Shown: in pieces, positions 26,231-41,124 of the stretch
Numbering within the stretch: position 1 is the first letter of the stretch
Layout: each line of letters opens with the position of its first letter
Assembly (NCBI GenBank): GCA_951406725.2
Contig: OX597832.1
Location: 62,000,001 to 62,064,000 of the forward strand
Direction of reading: 5' to 3'
DNA from: Octopus vulgaris
Lineage: Eukaryota
Length of the DNA stretch: 64,000 nt
Position numbers and translations under genes: made by a program
The notes under the pieces: model-generated
The model's database searches: none
Seen by the model: the letters and a program-made list of their open reading frames with translations, nothing else
Told to the model about the DNA's origin: nothing

Positions 26231-26746
26231 CAGTATATAAGTATTCATGCATATATATATGGATATATATACTTGTATAGATGTGGTTATTTATATACAT
26301 ACATGCATAAATATATGTATATACACACACACATACACATGCCACAGACACATAGACTCAGATCCACAAACCTCACAATATGTATCGCCATGTTGTACAT
26401 GTTTAACTATTCCCTTGTCTTGGAGAAATCAATTATTTTCTTTATCTCATTTAATTGAAAGATTTCTATCTAATTCTATAAATTTAGTAAATGTTCGTTC
26501 GACTTTTGATTTTTTTACCCTCTTTTATTAGTTCTTTACAATGTTTTGTTTCGTTTTATATTACAATCCGGAAACATTTTATATAAATTTGCTGGTTTTT
26601 TTTACTTTTTTATAATTCGTTTTGTCGTGTTTTGTTTGAAAATATATTCTGTCGCTATATTTTAAAAATATATAAACACGAAAATCATTTTTATAACACC
26701 TCATGTCGCTCAGTTCTGTCTGCCTGTGTGTCGGTTAGTCAGTTTG

Positions 26747-26805
<59 letters not shown>

Positions 26806-26850
26806 CATCCGTCGGTCTGAATGTCTCTCTGTCTTTCTGTCTGCTCTCTA

Positions 26851-26881
<31 letters not shown>

Positions 26882-26976
26882 GTATGCACGTCTATAAATA
26901 ACCATATATATACATGTATATATCCATATCTATATATGTATGTATATACATATATATATATATATTTACATATATG

Positions 26977-27013
<37 letters not shown>

Positions 27014-27067
27014 GATATTTAGTATATATAAATATACATACATATATATACATATATATATTCATAC

Positions 27068-27100
<33 letters not shown>

Positions 27101-28138
27101 CATACATATATATATGTGTGTGTGTATGTATAATGACTTGTACTGGTTAGTTTCGAGCTCCACAAAGTCTACTTCCGGTAAAATGGTATAGTTACTACTG
27201 TACCCAGCAGTATTATTTTCTATGATATACAGAGCAAATGTATATCAGAGTAATTACGATGAACATAATTATACGTCTTGATCCCTACATTCGTTTCCCC
27301 CATTGTCGTTCTCTGAAATCACCGCTCTAGATGTTCAGAGTTCAATTGAATGCTTATTCAGAATGGTTCTTCAAGTGAACAGGATTGCACTATGCAAGAG
27401 AGATCAAAAATCTTATTTGTTCTCTATAACACAGATTGAGAATCACTGTCAGAGTCTGCTTGGACTGCAAATGTACGCCCAACAGACCATCCACAATATT
27501 CAGAATAAGTTGGTGTCTCTGAACAATACCTTATTTTTTTGCATATGGTTTCTGTTTCTCATTTAGATCTGATTCATTTAAATCGTCGATGAGAACCAAA
27601 CATCCATGATGAACAAGGATAGATGTACTCTACATCATGTCAGTTGCTCCTCCCTGTATTTAATTATGCAACACATAATTTTTATGATGCTGACTATGAG
27701 TCATCAAAGTCGGTGTGTAATCGCTGCAGCAGAGCATCTTGCATTATTGCTGCAACAAATTGGTTAGCCACAACCTTTTACAATTATTATAATTATGACC
27801 AGACTTCAATCAAACACTAATCCAATGAGACGTTTGCTAATTACCTGTGTTAAAGCCACGCACAAAGCTAGAGCTTAGTGGGTGGGTATTTATGTAATGT
27901 ATGTTGTTTGTATTCAAGAAGTATGTGAGCTGCCAGACTTTTTAGAGCATTGGAAATATCACTTTACTTTCTTCATCTCATTTCTAAGTTCCAATCCGAC
28001 AAAGGTCAACTTTAGTTTCCTCCCTTCGTGATGGATAATAAGGGGTATCAGCGAAATACTAGAGTCCGACCTAGCGTCCCGTCAATATTACTAGCATTTT
28101 CCTCTCACTTACGAACCGTTATTATTATTGTCTAATTC

Positions 28139-29280
28139 AAGGAGGCGAGCAGGCAGAATTGTTAGCACGCCGGGCGAAATGCTTAGCGGTATTTCATCTG
28201 CCGCTACGTTCTGAGTTCTAATTCCGCCGAGGTCGACTTTGCCTTTCATCCTTTCGAGATCGATTAAATAAGTACCAGTTACGCACTGGGGTCGATGTAA
28301 TCGACTTAATCCGTTTGTCTGTCCTTGTTTGTCCCCTCTGTGTTTAGCTCCTTGTGGGTAGTAAAGAAATAGGTATGTTTCGCCTGTCATTACGTTCGAA
28401 GTTCAAATTCCGCCGTGGTCGACCTTACCTTTCATCCTTTCGAGATTGATAAATTAAGTACCAGTTGAGTATTGGTGTCGGTATAATCGACTATCCCCCT
28501 CGCCGAAATTTCATGCCTTGTGCCTGTAGTAGAAAGGATTATTATTATTAGTAGCATTAATGTGGCGAGTTAGCAAAATCGTTTGCACACCGGGTAAAAT
28601 GCTTAGCTGCATATTCATCCGTTTTTTCGTTCTGAGTTCAAATTCCTTCGAGGTTGATGAATAAAGTACCAGTCACATACTGGGGTCCATGTAATCGATT
28701 GGTCCCCTCCCACCAAACATTTCAGGCCTCATGCTTTAGTAGAAAGGATTATTGTTGTTAGTGGTACTTATTCCGTTTTTCTATTCTGAGTTCAAACTCC
28801 ACCGAAGTTGATTTCACCTTTCATCCTTTCTGAGTCGATAAAATAAGTACCAGTTAAGCACTGGCGTCGATATGATCGATTTACCCTATACCTCAAAGCT
28901 GCTGGAATTGTGACAACATTTGAAACCGATATATCGTTCATCTTTCTGTTCTGAGTTCAAATTCCACCGAGATCAACTTCGCCTTACATCGTTTCGGGGC
29001 CGATAATATAAGTACCAGTTGAGCGATTGGGTCGATGCTATCGCTTTCCTCTCCCTCCTCCACAAACTGCAGGCCTTGTGCCAAGTTTTGGTATCATTAC
29101 TATTATTTAGCTTCAATGAGTCAGGAAGCTGAAAGATTCGTTGGAAATTGCAAAAAATGCACTACCTTGTTTGTCCTATTCCTTACGTTCTTAGTTCAAA
29201 TCCGGCCGAGATCACCTTTCCGTTTCTTTCTCAAAGGATCAGTAAAATACCAACCGTGTAGGTCGTTTATCAATTGAGTC
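28139..29280 (+). mobile_element. Tandem cluster of SINE family B units (about 6)
   Basis: Repeated TTCTGAGTTCAAATTCCGCCGAGGTCGACTTTGCCTTTCATCCTTTCG..GATAAATTAAGTACCAG..CTGGGGTCGAT near 28210, 28395, 28630, 28785, 28950 and 29190. Confidence 0.85.
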
Positions 29281-30699
29281 GACCTGCCTTTCTTTCCAAA
29301 AACAGGGGGCATTTTAGAAATTAAAAACTATTAATATGTAACCTCAGATTGACAGATTTGAACTCGTAGCCCTATCATACAGTTATGAATATTTTCATCA
29401 AGATAATAGCAGGCATAAGTGTATGAAAAAGATGTTTACTTCGTAACAACAGCCCCCTGGATTCGATCTCACTGTGTAGGTCTTTAGACAAGTGTTTTCG
29501 CCTGTTGCGTAAAGCTGACTAATAACAATGTGAGTAGAACTGTGCTGACAGAAAATGTGTGGAAGTCATCACAAAGAAAATGTGATAAATGTGTATGTAT
29601 ATTGTTGTTATGTTTTATTTCAAGATTGCTTGACAATAGAGAAAGGGCTGGTTTCTAACCTAGATCCAAGGCTCCTTCATTGGAATTTGAACATCAATAA
29701 CAGTGTATTTTTGTATGCATGTATGTATGTATGTATGTATGTATGTATGTATGTATGTATGCATGTATGCATGCATGCATGTATGTATGTATGTATTTAT
29801 GTATGTATGTATGTATGTATGTATGTATGTATGTATCTATGTATGTATGTATGCATGCATGTATGTATGTATGTATTTATGTATGTATGTATGTGTGTAT
29901 GTATGTATGTATGTATGTATATGTGTACGTATGTATATGTTCAGATTTGTATATTTTGCTTGATGTATGTATTCTTGAGCATATAGTTGCATGTCTGCAC
30001 ATGCTTATATATATTTAAATGATAAACTTCTAGGAAGTTTTGCAGATTTTTGCAGTTCCGGTAAGGGATTAGAACTGCAGTCTTCGAATTATCTTTCTTC
30101 TTTCTGATTTTCAGAAGCCTAATTTCGCAAGGTTGGTATTTAAGCAGCGTGTTATATATCTCATGGCCCAAAAATTACAGGTATAAGCGTGAACATGTAA
30201 TCTTGATAGAGTAACTGCAGATTACTCAATAGTTCAGCATAGATGGTTTTTTATTTTTGCTGATCCTCAGCTTTATGTTAACGTCCACTGGGCAGCTAAT
30301 TTCCACAACTGTACACAGTTTCTCTTCTCTATCCCAAATCATTATATCAGGTCTGTTATGCTTACATATTACTGAGGTCTTCACTGGGACATTCACCAGT
30401 ACACTTTATTATGAGTGGTTATGGTTTCTACCACACTGTGGTTTCTTATTTCCTTGGTCTCAGGGTTATCCTTCCGAGTGATTCTATCATAGAGTGTCCT
30501 AGCTACAAAATCATTAGTAGATAATACCGTGATGACATTTTCGAACTGCTTATGATGTGGGGGATATCTTCGTATGTATGTATGTATGTATGTATGTATG
30601 TATGTATGTATGTATGTATGTATGTATGTATGTATGCATGTGTGTGCATGCTTGTATGCGTGCATGTATATATATATATATACTATTGAAACTTGGGAG

Positions 30700-30750
30700 G
30701 GGCTGCCCCAGCATGGCCGCGGCCTTCGGGCTGAAACATTTTTAAGGATT
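30700..30750 (+). mobile_element. Extreme 3' tip of the CR1-like LINE
   Basis: CCCAGCATGGCCGCGGCCTTCGGGCTGAAACATTTTTAAGGATT is nearly identical to the 3' end of the 14.1-kb copy. Confidence 0.8.
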
Positions 30751-31009
30751 CATATATATATAGAGAGAAATAGATATATAGATAGATAGATAAGTATGTG
30801 CGTATATGCACCGTCATTGCAAGAAATAAAAGTCAAAACAACTCTTAGCCATGATAAGTGCTTTATTGTGGGTAAAAGTTGTTTTGACTGTTATTTCTAG
30901 CAATGCTATTTCTAACTCGTACCCTTGGTCACCTTAGTGAGGTCTGTCGTTCTACCTTTTAGCTGTAAAATTCCGAATAAGCCACATTTATTATATATAT
31001 TTATATATA

Positions 31010-31960
31010 ATTACAAGATTATTTGTCACAAGCTCCGAAGTTTCTGGGTAGTTGGAAAACCGGGAGGCCCTCTTCAGAGAGACATTAATAACAAGGGGAA
31101 TGTCCCAGGAAACTGTCTTGGAGCTGTTGCTGCTTTTAGTGCCAGGTCATCAGTTACGCAGGCAACCATACTTACTAGCTGTTCCGCCGTTACAAAAGTA
31201 ATACAAGCGGTCAAAGTAGCACTAGCGATCCTGACGCTAGGTTTCTACAGAAAAACCAAGATGCCATATATAAATGAAACGAAGAAAGAAACATGCAATT
31301 TATTGCAGATAACATCCAAGACCTCCGCTACCAGCCAGCTTATGATAACACTTAGCAACAAGGATACGTTGCACCAAAACGAGCGGCAATCCAAGAGTCA
31401 AACACGATGTGGAACGTGGGGAATGATATGATTAACGATGCTTTGTTTCATGTATATATCACAATGATGCAGGCAAGTGACCAGATAGTTTCTGAGAAAT
31501 TGCAGAAAAAAAAAGGACCAGGGAATTATGCTGTTCTGTGGAAGAAATTTGTTCTCAGTCATCTTGTCAGCTGCTCTCAATTATGTTCATCCGACACCGT
31601 CGAATTAATAGCAGATCTCATGACATATCAGCGGTGCTACAACAAGAAACGTGCATTAATGAAATAGTCGAACCACTGGGGGAGATTGAAACAGTTACAA
31701 CTCTACTCATGGAGTGAAGTCGGAAGAGATAGTCGGTGATACAGGTATGGGAAATTCTAGAGGGGCTAGCACCAAACTGTAACATCGAGTGTTATACCAT
31801 CCCCCATCTCGAAGGAGTCATCATTACACTTTTCCAAAACTCCACCCACCCGTTTTGAGCAAGGACGATATACTACAATAGCTTGCAGTGTAAAGGCCCG
31901 GAAAGGCCCGCAGATATTTAATAACTTTCTAAACAGCCTGAGAAATCTATATGTAGATAT
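31010..31960 (+). mobile_element. Degenerate CR1-like LINE reverse transcriptase fragment
   Basis: Frameshifted motifs: ICHKLRSFWVVGK; CPQETVLELLLL (GVPQGxVLGPLLF); TSCSAVTKV (YADDTK position); VLSHLVSCSQLCS; RLKQLQLYS; VWEILEGLAPN; KGPQIFN. The C-terminal part is homologous to 14148-14486. Confidence 0.8.
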
Positions 31961-32463
31961 TTGCATATTTATTCCAAATAATGAATTATGGTCTCGAAAC
32001 CATTACAATGTTCGAATAAACATCACAAGTAAATAAATTAATCAATTTTAATATATTTAATCAACACAATGCATAGTTGTGATTCGATGCGATTCCATAA
32101 ATATCTTATGTGTAGTGTATAGTTGTGAGTGTGGAGGAGTCAGTACAAGGCATGACTTCACATACGTCATTCTAATAACCAACACTCACAGCAGAGAGAG
32201 AAGTTTAATTGTTAATTTTACATTTACGGTTTACTGCATATTTATGAGAGTTACTTTAAAATCCTGTAATTACATGTATATATTATGTGTGTATATGTAT
32301 ATATAAAACGTATATGCCTGTGACTTTCTATATATGCGTGTATTTGCATGTATTTATGTATGTAACATAGACGTGTTTGTGAAAGTACATTTATACATAT
32401 TTAGGTATATAATGTGTCAGTGAGTATTTGCTTATGTATTTATTTATACATAGAGCACATCAG

Positions 32464-32494
<31 letters not shown>

Positions 32495-32576
32495 TTCTTT
32501 CTACACATCTATATAAATATGTATGTATATATATAAACACACACACACACACATATATATATATATTTGTGAATAC

Positions 32577-32641
<65 letters not shown>

Positions 32642-33886
32642 CGCAAGCGTGTAGATATGCATATAAATTTCTCGAAAACTTTTTTTAATATTAAGTACAT
32701 GAAGTTATGATGGAACGCACTAATACACAATAAGATGTACACCAAATTTGTATATGCATATTTGTGTACGTATATACATACATACATACTTACATATATA
32801 TATATATAATTATATATATATATATATAATTATATATATATATACATATACTTGTTTATAAAGTTATACATCTGCATGTATGATTGTGCACATATAAATA
32901 TATATATATATGTATATATGTATACTACTATACGTTGTAACCTATATATATTCGTATACAAATATATACATACATTCATGCATATGTATATATCAATTTC
33001 TAAGTAGCTATCTCTCCATAAATATGAAATAGTGTATATAAATGTGAGTCAGCATAATACTCTGTGTTAAAATGCATATGTATAGATATATACATACCAG
33101 CCTGTATCCATATTTATGTACGAATGATGTGTACATATATATAAATATATATATATATACATACATACACATGTCGACATGCGGGTTCATAACTACATTT
33201 GTTACTTTGTTATATGTACGCAATTGCACATATTAATATGAATGTATTGAAACAATATCATTATTATTAAGAATAATAACAAATAATAAATATTACAAAT
33301 AAATTTATACAAAGTATAAAAAGAAAAAGATAATATATTACATATGCGCCTTCGGAACATTTAAATAGTGTTTTGTCTTGTATTAGAAAACACTTTGTCA
33401 TCCAAACAACAACGTTTATATGATTGTCACACAGGAATGTTATGAAATCCACTCGTGTGCTTTATGACATAGAATAACTAATCTAATCGCCTTAACAAGA
33501 AACAATACCAAATGCATACATATATATACATATACCCCCCCCCACACACACACATATATATATATAGATAGATAGATAGATATACATATATATGTATATA
33601 TATATGTATATAAATTTGTATATGTATATATATATATATATATATACATATATATGTACACACATATATATACATATATGTAAATACACACACACATATA
33701 TATATATACGTATATGTATGTACATGTAGATATAGACATATATAAATGAAAGCATGTTATGTTTGTATATATATGTGTGCGTGTGTGTGTATACATGTAT
33801 ATATGCATACGTGTATATATGTATGTACATACATATTTACATATATGTATGTAGGTGAGTTTCTGTATATATATTTATTTATATAT

Positions 33887-33952
<66 letters not shown>

Positions 33953-34359
33953 ACATACACACAGACACAGACGCACACATTTATATATATATATATATAT
34001 ATATGGGGATTTTTGAGAAATATTGGCCATTGCTAAATACGTTGTTATTGCATCATTGTCATAATATATTGTTAAATAATTTGGTGGAGATAAATGAGGT
34101 CTTTTTATGTTGTATTGACTTATAATTATTTTTATCTCGCATTCTTTGTTCATTTTCATATTTATTTACATTCTTTCGTTTTCCTGACAGTAATTCTTAA
34201 TGTCGGACAGCAAACAATATTAATTCATAAATTAATATCTAAGATATATATACATATATATATATATATAGTATTATAACATATATGTACGTATCTGTGT
34301 ATGTATATATATTTACATATATATGTGTGTGTGTGTATTTGTGTGTGTATGTGTGTGTA

Positions 34360-34460
<101 letters not shown>

Positions 34461-35526
34461 GTAACTAAATTATTCCGCATCATGTTAGCGGTCAGCTTCT
34501 TTGAACTTTAAGACAGCGAACAGAATAACAATAATAAATAATAACACGAGCCTTGCCAGTTAATACATGTACTAATTACTATCACCAAGCAATTTTTAAA
34601 CACGGTTTAACTAATGTAATGTTCTACATACACTTTGCTTAACATATATAAACACACATATAGAAACATACACACACACAGACATATATATTGGGATCTG
34701 AGGAACCACCAGAGAAGTGACCTGGTAAAGGGAATGGGTTGTAACCATTGGTGAATGGTAGTAATAATAATGTCCGTAGCTGATTGTCTATTAGGTTGGA
34801 TATTTATCTTCTCGCTGAATACATACGTTTATATATGTATATGCATCTAAATCTATATATGTGCGTGTGTTTGTGTGTATATATATGTGCCTGTACATAG
34901 ACAGATAGAGAGAGATTGAGAGAGAGAGAGTGAGAGATATATGTGCGTGTGCACGTATTTGATTTTGAGTTGAGTGCAGAAATTTACATTGAATAGGGGA
35001 TTGTTCGATTTGTTCTTTAGAGTTTATGTTTACTCCATTACGGGGGTCAAACAGATGTTTCGTCCTGATAGCCACCATGTGATTATGAGCTCGTAGGACA
35101 ATGTATGTTGCAGACACATGCGCCCAGGAATTCACGTCGGAATTCTTAACTACACACATACGTATAACATAGGCATAACATATTCTTATGACATCACACG
35201 AATTATAGAACATACTTATGTGTAAACTTATAAATATTTTTTAGAAAATCTAATTTTGCGTTTGAAACATGCGAAATTCGATAAATATTCCCTTCTACTC
35301 TAGGCACACGACCCGGAATTTTGGGGGGAGGGGACCAGTCGACTAGATCGACCCCAATACGCAACTGGTAATTAATTCATCGACCTCGTTCGATTTTAGT
35401 TCAGGACGTAAAAACAGACGAAATACTGCTAACCGTTTCGCGCGGCGTGCTAACATTTCTTCCAGCTCGCCGCATTGAAATTCGATAAATATTACAAATA
35501 CACATGAATGTTATAATACACAGTGA

Positions 35527-35850
35527 AGGTGCATGGCTAAGTGGCTAGAGCACCGGGCTCACAATCATGAGATAGTGAGTTCGATTCCCGGACCGGAGTG
35601 TGTGTTGTGTTCTTGAGCAAGACACTTTATTTCACGTTGCTCTAGTCGCCCAGCTGTAGAAATGAGTTGCGAGGTCACTGGTATCAATCTGTATCCACCT
35701 TTGCCTTTCCTTTGGATAACATCGGTGGTGTGGAGAGGGGAGGCTGGTATGCATGGGAGACTACTGGTCTGTCATAAACAAAATTGTGCCTCGGAGGGTA
35801 ACTTTCTAGCCGCAATCCCATGGTCATTCATGACCGACGGGGATCATTAA
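35527..35850 (+). mobile_element. tRNA-headed SINE (family C-type head, different tail)
   Basis: TGGCTAAGTGG A box and GAGTTCGATTC B box, then TGTTCTTGAGCAAGACACTTTATTTCAC. Confidence 0.75.
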
Positions 35851-36224
35851 CGGAGAATACACACGCTGAAACATCAGCAAAACGCATGAGGTAGATATAT
35901 ACCAATACATATTTAAAATATTGATGCTAAAGAACTTTCTCGTATAAAAAAGAAATTCATCAATTTATGGTGAACGCGAATTCTTGCAAATGCAAGGGAG
36001 AGAGAAATTAAGAACTTTTAAAATATTATCTCTCCTGATCGTTGTATTTATTTTCAAACCTTGTCTATACTCGTGTAAACTAGTGTATTCTCATCCAGAT
36101 TAGAATCAATTTCTAATTGGCTTCCGACTGATGCAAGAGTATTACGGATGGGGATACTAATATATGACGGTATGATAAAATATATACTCATTTTTTTACA
36201 TTAGCTCTCATTTTGTCTGTTCTT

Positions 36225-36270
36225 AACTCAACGTTTCGGCTGATATATCCTCCAGCCTTCATCAGGCGTC
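36225..36270 (-). ncRNA. Minimal type-I hammerhead ribozyme motif
   Basis: GACGC-CUGAUGA-A-GGCUG...CAGCC-GAAA-CG-UU-GAGUU. Core intact, one mismatch in stem I. Confidence 0.7.
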
Positions 36271-36318
36271 TGGAGGTATTTTCGGACCAGGTTTCTCATT
36301 CCTAAGTTATTTTTTCGA

Positions 36319-36351
<33 letters not shown>

Positions 36352-36448
36352 TATTATTATTATTATTATTATTCAGGTCACTGCCTGGAATCGAACTCGG
36401 TATCTTGGAGTTAGTAGCCCGCGCTCTTAACCTCTACGCCATATGCCC
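36225..36448 (-). mobile_element. Family H1 copy with intact hammerhead core
   Basis: GGGCATATGGCGTAGAGGTTAAGAGCGCGGGCTACTAACTCCAAGATACCGAGTTCGATTCC, then (AAT)n, then CTGATGAAGGCTGGAGGATATATCAGCCGAAACGTT. Confidence 0.85.
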
Positions 36449-36546
36449 GTTGTGTTAACAACGAACAAGATGAGGACATATATCCTTCAATTGTAAATAA
36501 TGTAAATAATGTACATAATTCCTTATCTTTTCAATATAGAACAGTA
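36449..36546 (+). mobile_element. Inverted H1 3'-tail fragment abutting the head of the minus copy
   Basis: GTTGTGTTAACAACGAACAAGATGAGGACA...AATATAGAACAGTA is homologous to 23370-23467. Confidence 0.8.
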
Positions 36547-36569
36547 AAATATACACTTTTCTACAAAAA

Positions 36570-36790
36570 CTTAGTAGTTTCATTTATGCGAGAATGCGTC
36601 TTTACAACAGCAAATACGGTAGCTTTCAAATGGACATCACCAGAGGGCAAAGGTTACAGAGGATGACAGAAAGGTATATGGCATAGCTCATTCAGAAAGG
36701 CTAATAACGTATGTGGAGTATAATGCAACCAGTAGCAAACAGTGGGGCCACCTCGCTGCCCAATGTACACGAAGCACCAGGGTTATTGAG
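36570..36790 (+). mobile_element. Probable RTE-like LINE ORF C-terminal fragment
   Basis: VAFKWTSPEGKGYRG*QKGIW...LAAQCT resembles the RTE WxPxGKRxRGRPxxxW...WR C-terminus. Confidence 0.5.
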
Positions 36791-37183
36791 ATTGAGAAGG
36801 ATTCAACGAAAGTTGCAGGGACTTGGAGACAGTACGAACCAACCATGGCACCTATCTACAATTTCAGTAATGTGAGTCAGCGAGTCATCGGGACTGCGGT
36901 AATATATTTATTTTCCGAGGAAACTGCGTCGAACAAGTAATGATGACGCCTAGGTACGAATTGGCGTCTCTTCGTACCGGATGTAGGATCTCTTCGTCAA
37001 GTAGAGATTGTAAACTGAAGAAGTAATGAGAAAACAGACAAATATATCAGTTTTGATATTTTATGATCATTTCAGAAGATAATTGAGAAGAAAAATAAAA
37101 TAAATAAAGCAATACACTGAAAATAAGTGGCACACAATAAGAAGTCTAGCTCTCCACACAGCCAGGGAAAAATATATACGTAA

Positions 37184-37220
<37 letters not shown>

Positions 37221-37276
37221 CGTATGTATATACGTATATATGTATATGTGTGTGTATACATAGATATATGTATATG

Positions 37277-37331
<55 letters not shown>

Positions 37332-37430
37332 ATATATATTTACTTGAGTAAGCGTAGAGTTACATATTCATGACGACTTTTATTGTTACAGTCATGTTTC
37401 TTTGTAAAGACAAGACAAACTTCAAGTCGA

Positions 37431-37510
<80 letters not shown>

Positions 37511-37911
37511 GTGTGTGTGTGTGTGTGTATCCGAATAGATATGCATAACTATGTATATATATATAAAGATGTTTATATACATATACATATATATATATAC
37601 AAGCATTTTTTATACCTATATATAAAGACACAAACACAGAGTGGCTACAGAATGCAGACATACAAACACACACACACACACATGTATGTATGTGTGTATA
37701 TATGTGTGCTTTCGTATATTGTGAGTAGTTATCTTATACATACCTTCTCTGATGTCATATATTTTTTTATATTTCCATGGCACGTATCAAAGGTGAGTGT
37801 GTATATATATCTATATATGGCAGTGAGGGATATGTATATGAGCGTTAGTGAGCCCAACGTATATCTCCTTGTGGCTGCATTATGCTTATATATATACTTA
37901 TATATATATAT

Positions 37912-37944
<33 letters not shown>

Positions 37945-38027
37945 AATATATATATATATATAAGTGTGTGTGTGTGTGTGTAAATATATATATATATATA
38001 TAAATATATATACATGTATATATATAT

Positions 38028-38061
<34 letters not shown>

Positions 38062-38174
38062 ACATATATACACATACACTTATATGCATATATGTACGTA
38101 TACCTGCGACTATACTTTCATAATAATGAACGAGCTTTATTGTAACTGTATTTAGATATAAGATATCCAGATGG

Positions 38175-38212
<38 letters not shown>

Positions 38213-38362
38213 TCACATACATACGTACGTAAACGCATGTACATGTGTATATTTCTAAGTGTATCTTTATGTATGCATATATCCAACTATTCCTATTTGA
38301 ATATTTCTATTTCTCGATTAATATCTCTAAATATATGTATGCAAATTTCTTTATATGTATTC

Positions 38363-38428
<66 letters not shown>

Positions 38429-39473
38429 CTACATTCATAGGAATATCTATTCATATGCGTGATTCATGAATACATAAAAGTATATATCTTTTGCGTAATA
38501 CCGTATATTTTCATGCATTCAAGTATATATATAATTGTACAAGTGCAATTATACATAAAACATACATGTGTGTGTGCTTATGTGTTTATGCGTGTGCAAA
38601 TGTATATATATAAGTACATGTTTGTATGCATACTGTATTTGGCTGTATATATAGGTGTACGTATTTATGTTTTGACTAACGCGGCTTTTTTATGCATATA
38701 CAACGTAACTTGATCTATGCAATGACAAAACAGCGCAGACAATCACGTCACTTCCTATATTTTATTGGTAATAAACCTGTTAAAAGTAAAAAAAAAACCA
38801 TAACTATGGCTGACAGACATACAACTATTAACATAAAACGCACAAACACACACACACACATATACATATACATATGTACATACAAATAAATACAATACAA
38901 CGTACACATGTATATTAAATATACATACATACATACATACATTTATATTTCAAAATATATGGACAGCAACCATTAAATTCGATATCAATATCGAATACAA
39001 GACCTCTGACTAGACAATCGGAGGTGGGGAGTGGGAAATTTTACATCACGATATCATGGTGTTAGTTTTTTTAATTCCTTCAGGCGTCCATAAATATGTA
39101 TGTCCGTATTTATATATGTATGTTAGTACATGTGTAATTGTGTATATCTGTGGAATATTTTTGTGTATGTACCCCCATTCTTCCAATCTCTCACCCTCCC
39201 TTTTTCTGTCTGTCTGTCTCTTTCTTTGTGTGATTCCCTGCGCATGTGCCATAAATGGAAGTTCCGGTATAAGTTGGTTGAGTTCGTCTTGTTTAAAACT
39301 TGAAGCTAATTTTTATGAAAATTTTATTTCAGTTCCAATGAAAAAAGAAATATAAAAGGCAGAAAATTACTGTTTGCTTTCTGATGTGAGCACTTGTAAT
39401 AAATGTAATGATTGTATGATCAGAGTAATGTTTAACATGTAGTGGTGTGTTTACACACACACACTCATATATG

Positions 39474-39507
<34 letters not shown>

Positions 39508-39540
39508 TAGAGAGAGAGAGGAAGATAAACAAATAAATAA

Positions 39541-39582
<42 letters not shown>

Positions 39583-39623
39583 GTAGATATGTGCACATAT
39601 GTGTTTATATACGTATAAATACG

Positions 39624-39654
<31 letters not shown>

Positions 39655-39679
39655 CTATATAGTCTGTCTGTCTGTCTGC

Positions 39680-39710
<31 letters not shown>

Positions 39711-39711
39711 G

Positions 39712-39766
<55 letters not shown>

Positions 39767-39813
39767 GTATATATATGTATACATATATGCATATGTATAT
39801 ATATATACATATA

Positions 39814-39864
<51 letters not shown>

Positions 39865-41124
39865 GCATATATAGCTGTGTGTGCCTCTGTTTGTGTGTAT
39901 GCTTTTTGTGAATCGATATGTGTCCATGAGTCTTTCATCTCTAATTAATCAGTTTGCGGATCCAGACTCAGTTATAGGGTACTTTTAGTTCAGTCTGTTA
40001 ATATGTTATTATTTGGTTTAAATATGTTCCGGTTTGTGGTTGAAATGGAATATAGAAGGAAGGATAAACAAAATGGCGCCTGTATGATGGCAGAGAACGG
40101 CAGAATATGTAATGTGTTAAACGAGTGGCTTTTGCTGGTGAGTGTCGTGGAATCATCAATTACTATCCTGCAATAGGACAAATAAAATTCAAGTATTGGT
40201 GAAAAGGAAGTGCAATGACACGATGATGGTAGGAATAATTAGTTAAACGATAAATGAAAGCAGTGAGAAGGGATTTTGTCAAAACGTTGGACGCCATTTT
40301 TGTTACATATTTTTTCTGTCAATTTATATATTTATTTAATTATTTATCGATTTATTTGGAAATATTATATAATTATCAGTATGACATGTCGGTGCAAGAG
40401 ATAAAAGTGATTGTGAGTGGTTTCGACTTCCGGTGAATTAATAAGTAAATTGAACGAGATTTATTTTACATTATCTGTCGGAAGCCTGAAAGACAAGGGA
40501 AACGTCAGCAAAATTTGAACTCAAAGGACAATACTAATCAACGGAATGCGGTGGTTGATTTATTTGTAGATCGGTCGGTCGGTTGGTTGGTTGGTGCTTG
40601 ATCAGAATAGATTGGGGTGGCCTTTGATCAACTGCAAACCACTTTTACCAACCCCTTCTTGTTTCCAAGAACAGTGTGTCAAAATATAGCCGACTAGATA
40701 CATGATTCCACTTCTTTTTAATTCAACAGTTTGTGATTTCAGGAGTATTTAGCTGCTATCTCTCGCACGACAAGCCATAATGTAGATGTCCATTCGGTTT
40801 GGGAAAGATAACACACTACATTTTTTAATATATTGCAAGTAAGTGCACTAAGGTGGGCACCCGACAGAATCATTAACACGTCGGTCAAAATGCTTAGTGG
40901 CACATCATGCGCATTTTACTTCCGAGTTCAAATTCTGCTGAGGTCCACTTTTATTTTCATCCTTTCGGTGTCGATAAAATAAGTACCAGTCATGTAATAG
41001 GGTCGGTATAGTTCACTATTTCCCTTCCCCGAAAATTCTGGCCTTGTGCCAAAACTTGGAACCAAAATGTAAGTTCACTATGAGCTTTGCTATTTACCTT
41101 GATGTACTAATTAGCAATTAATTT

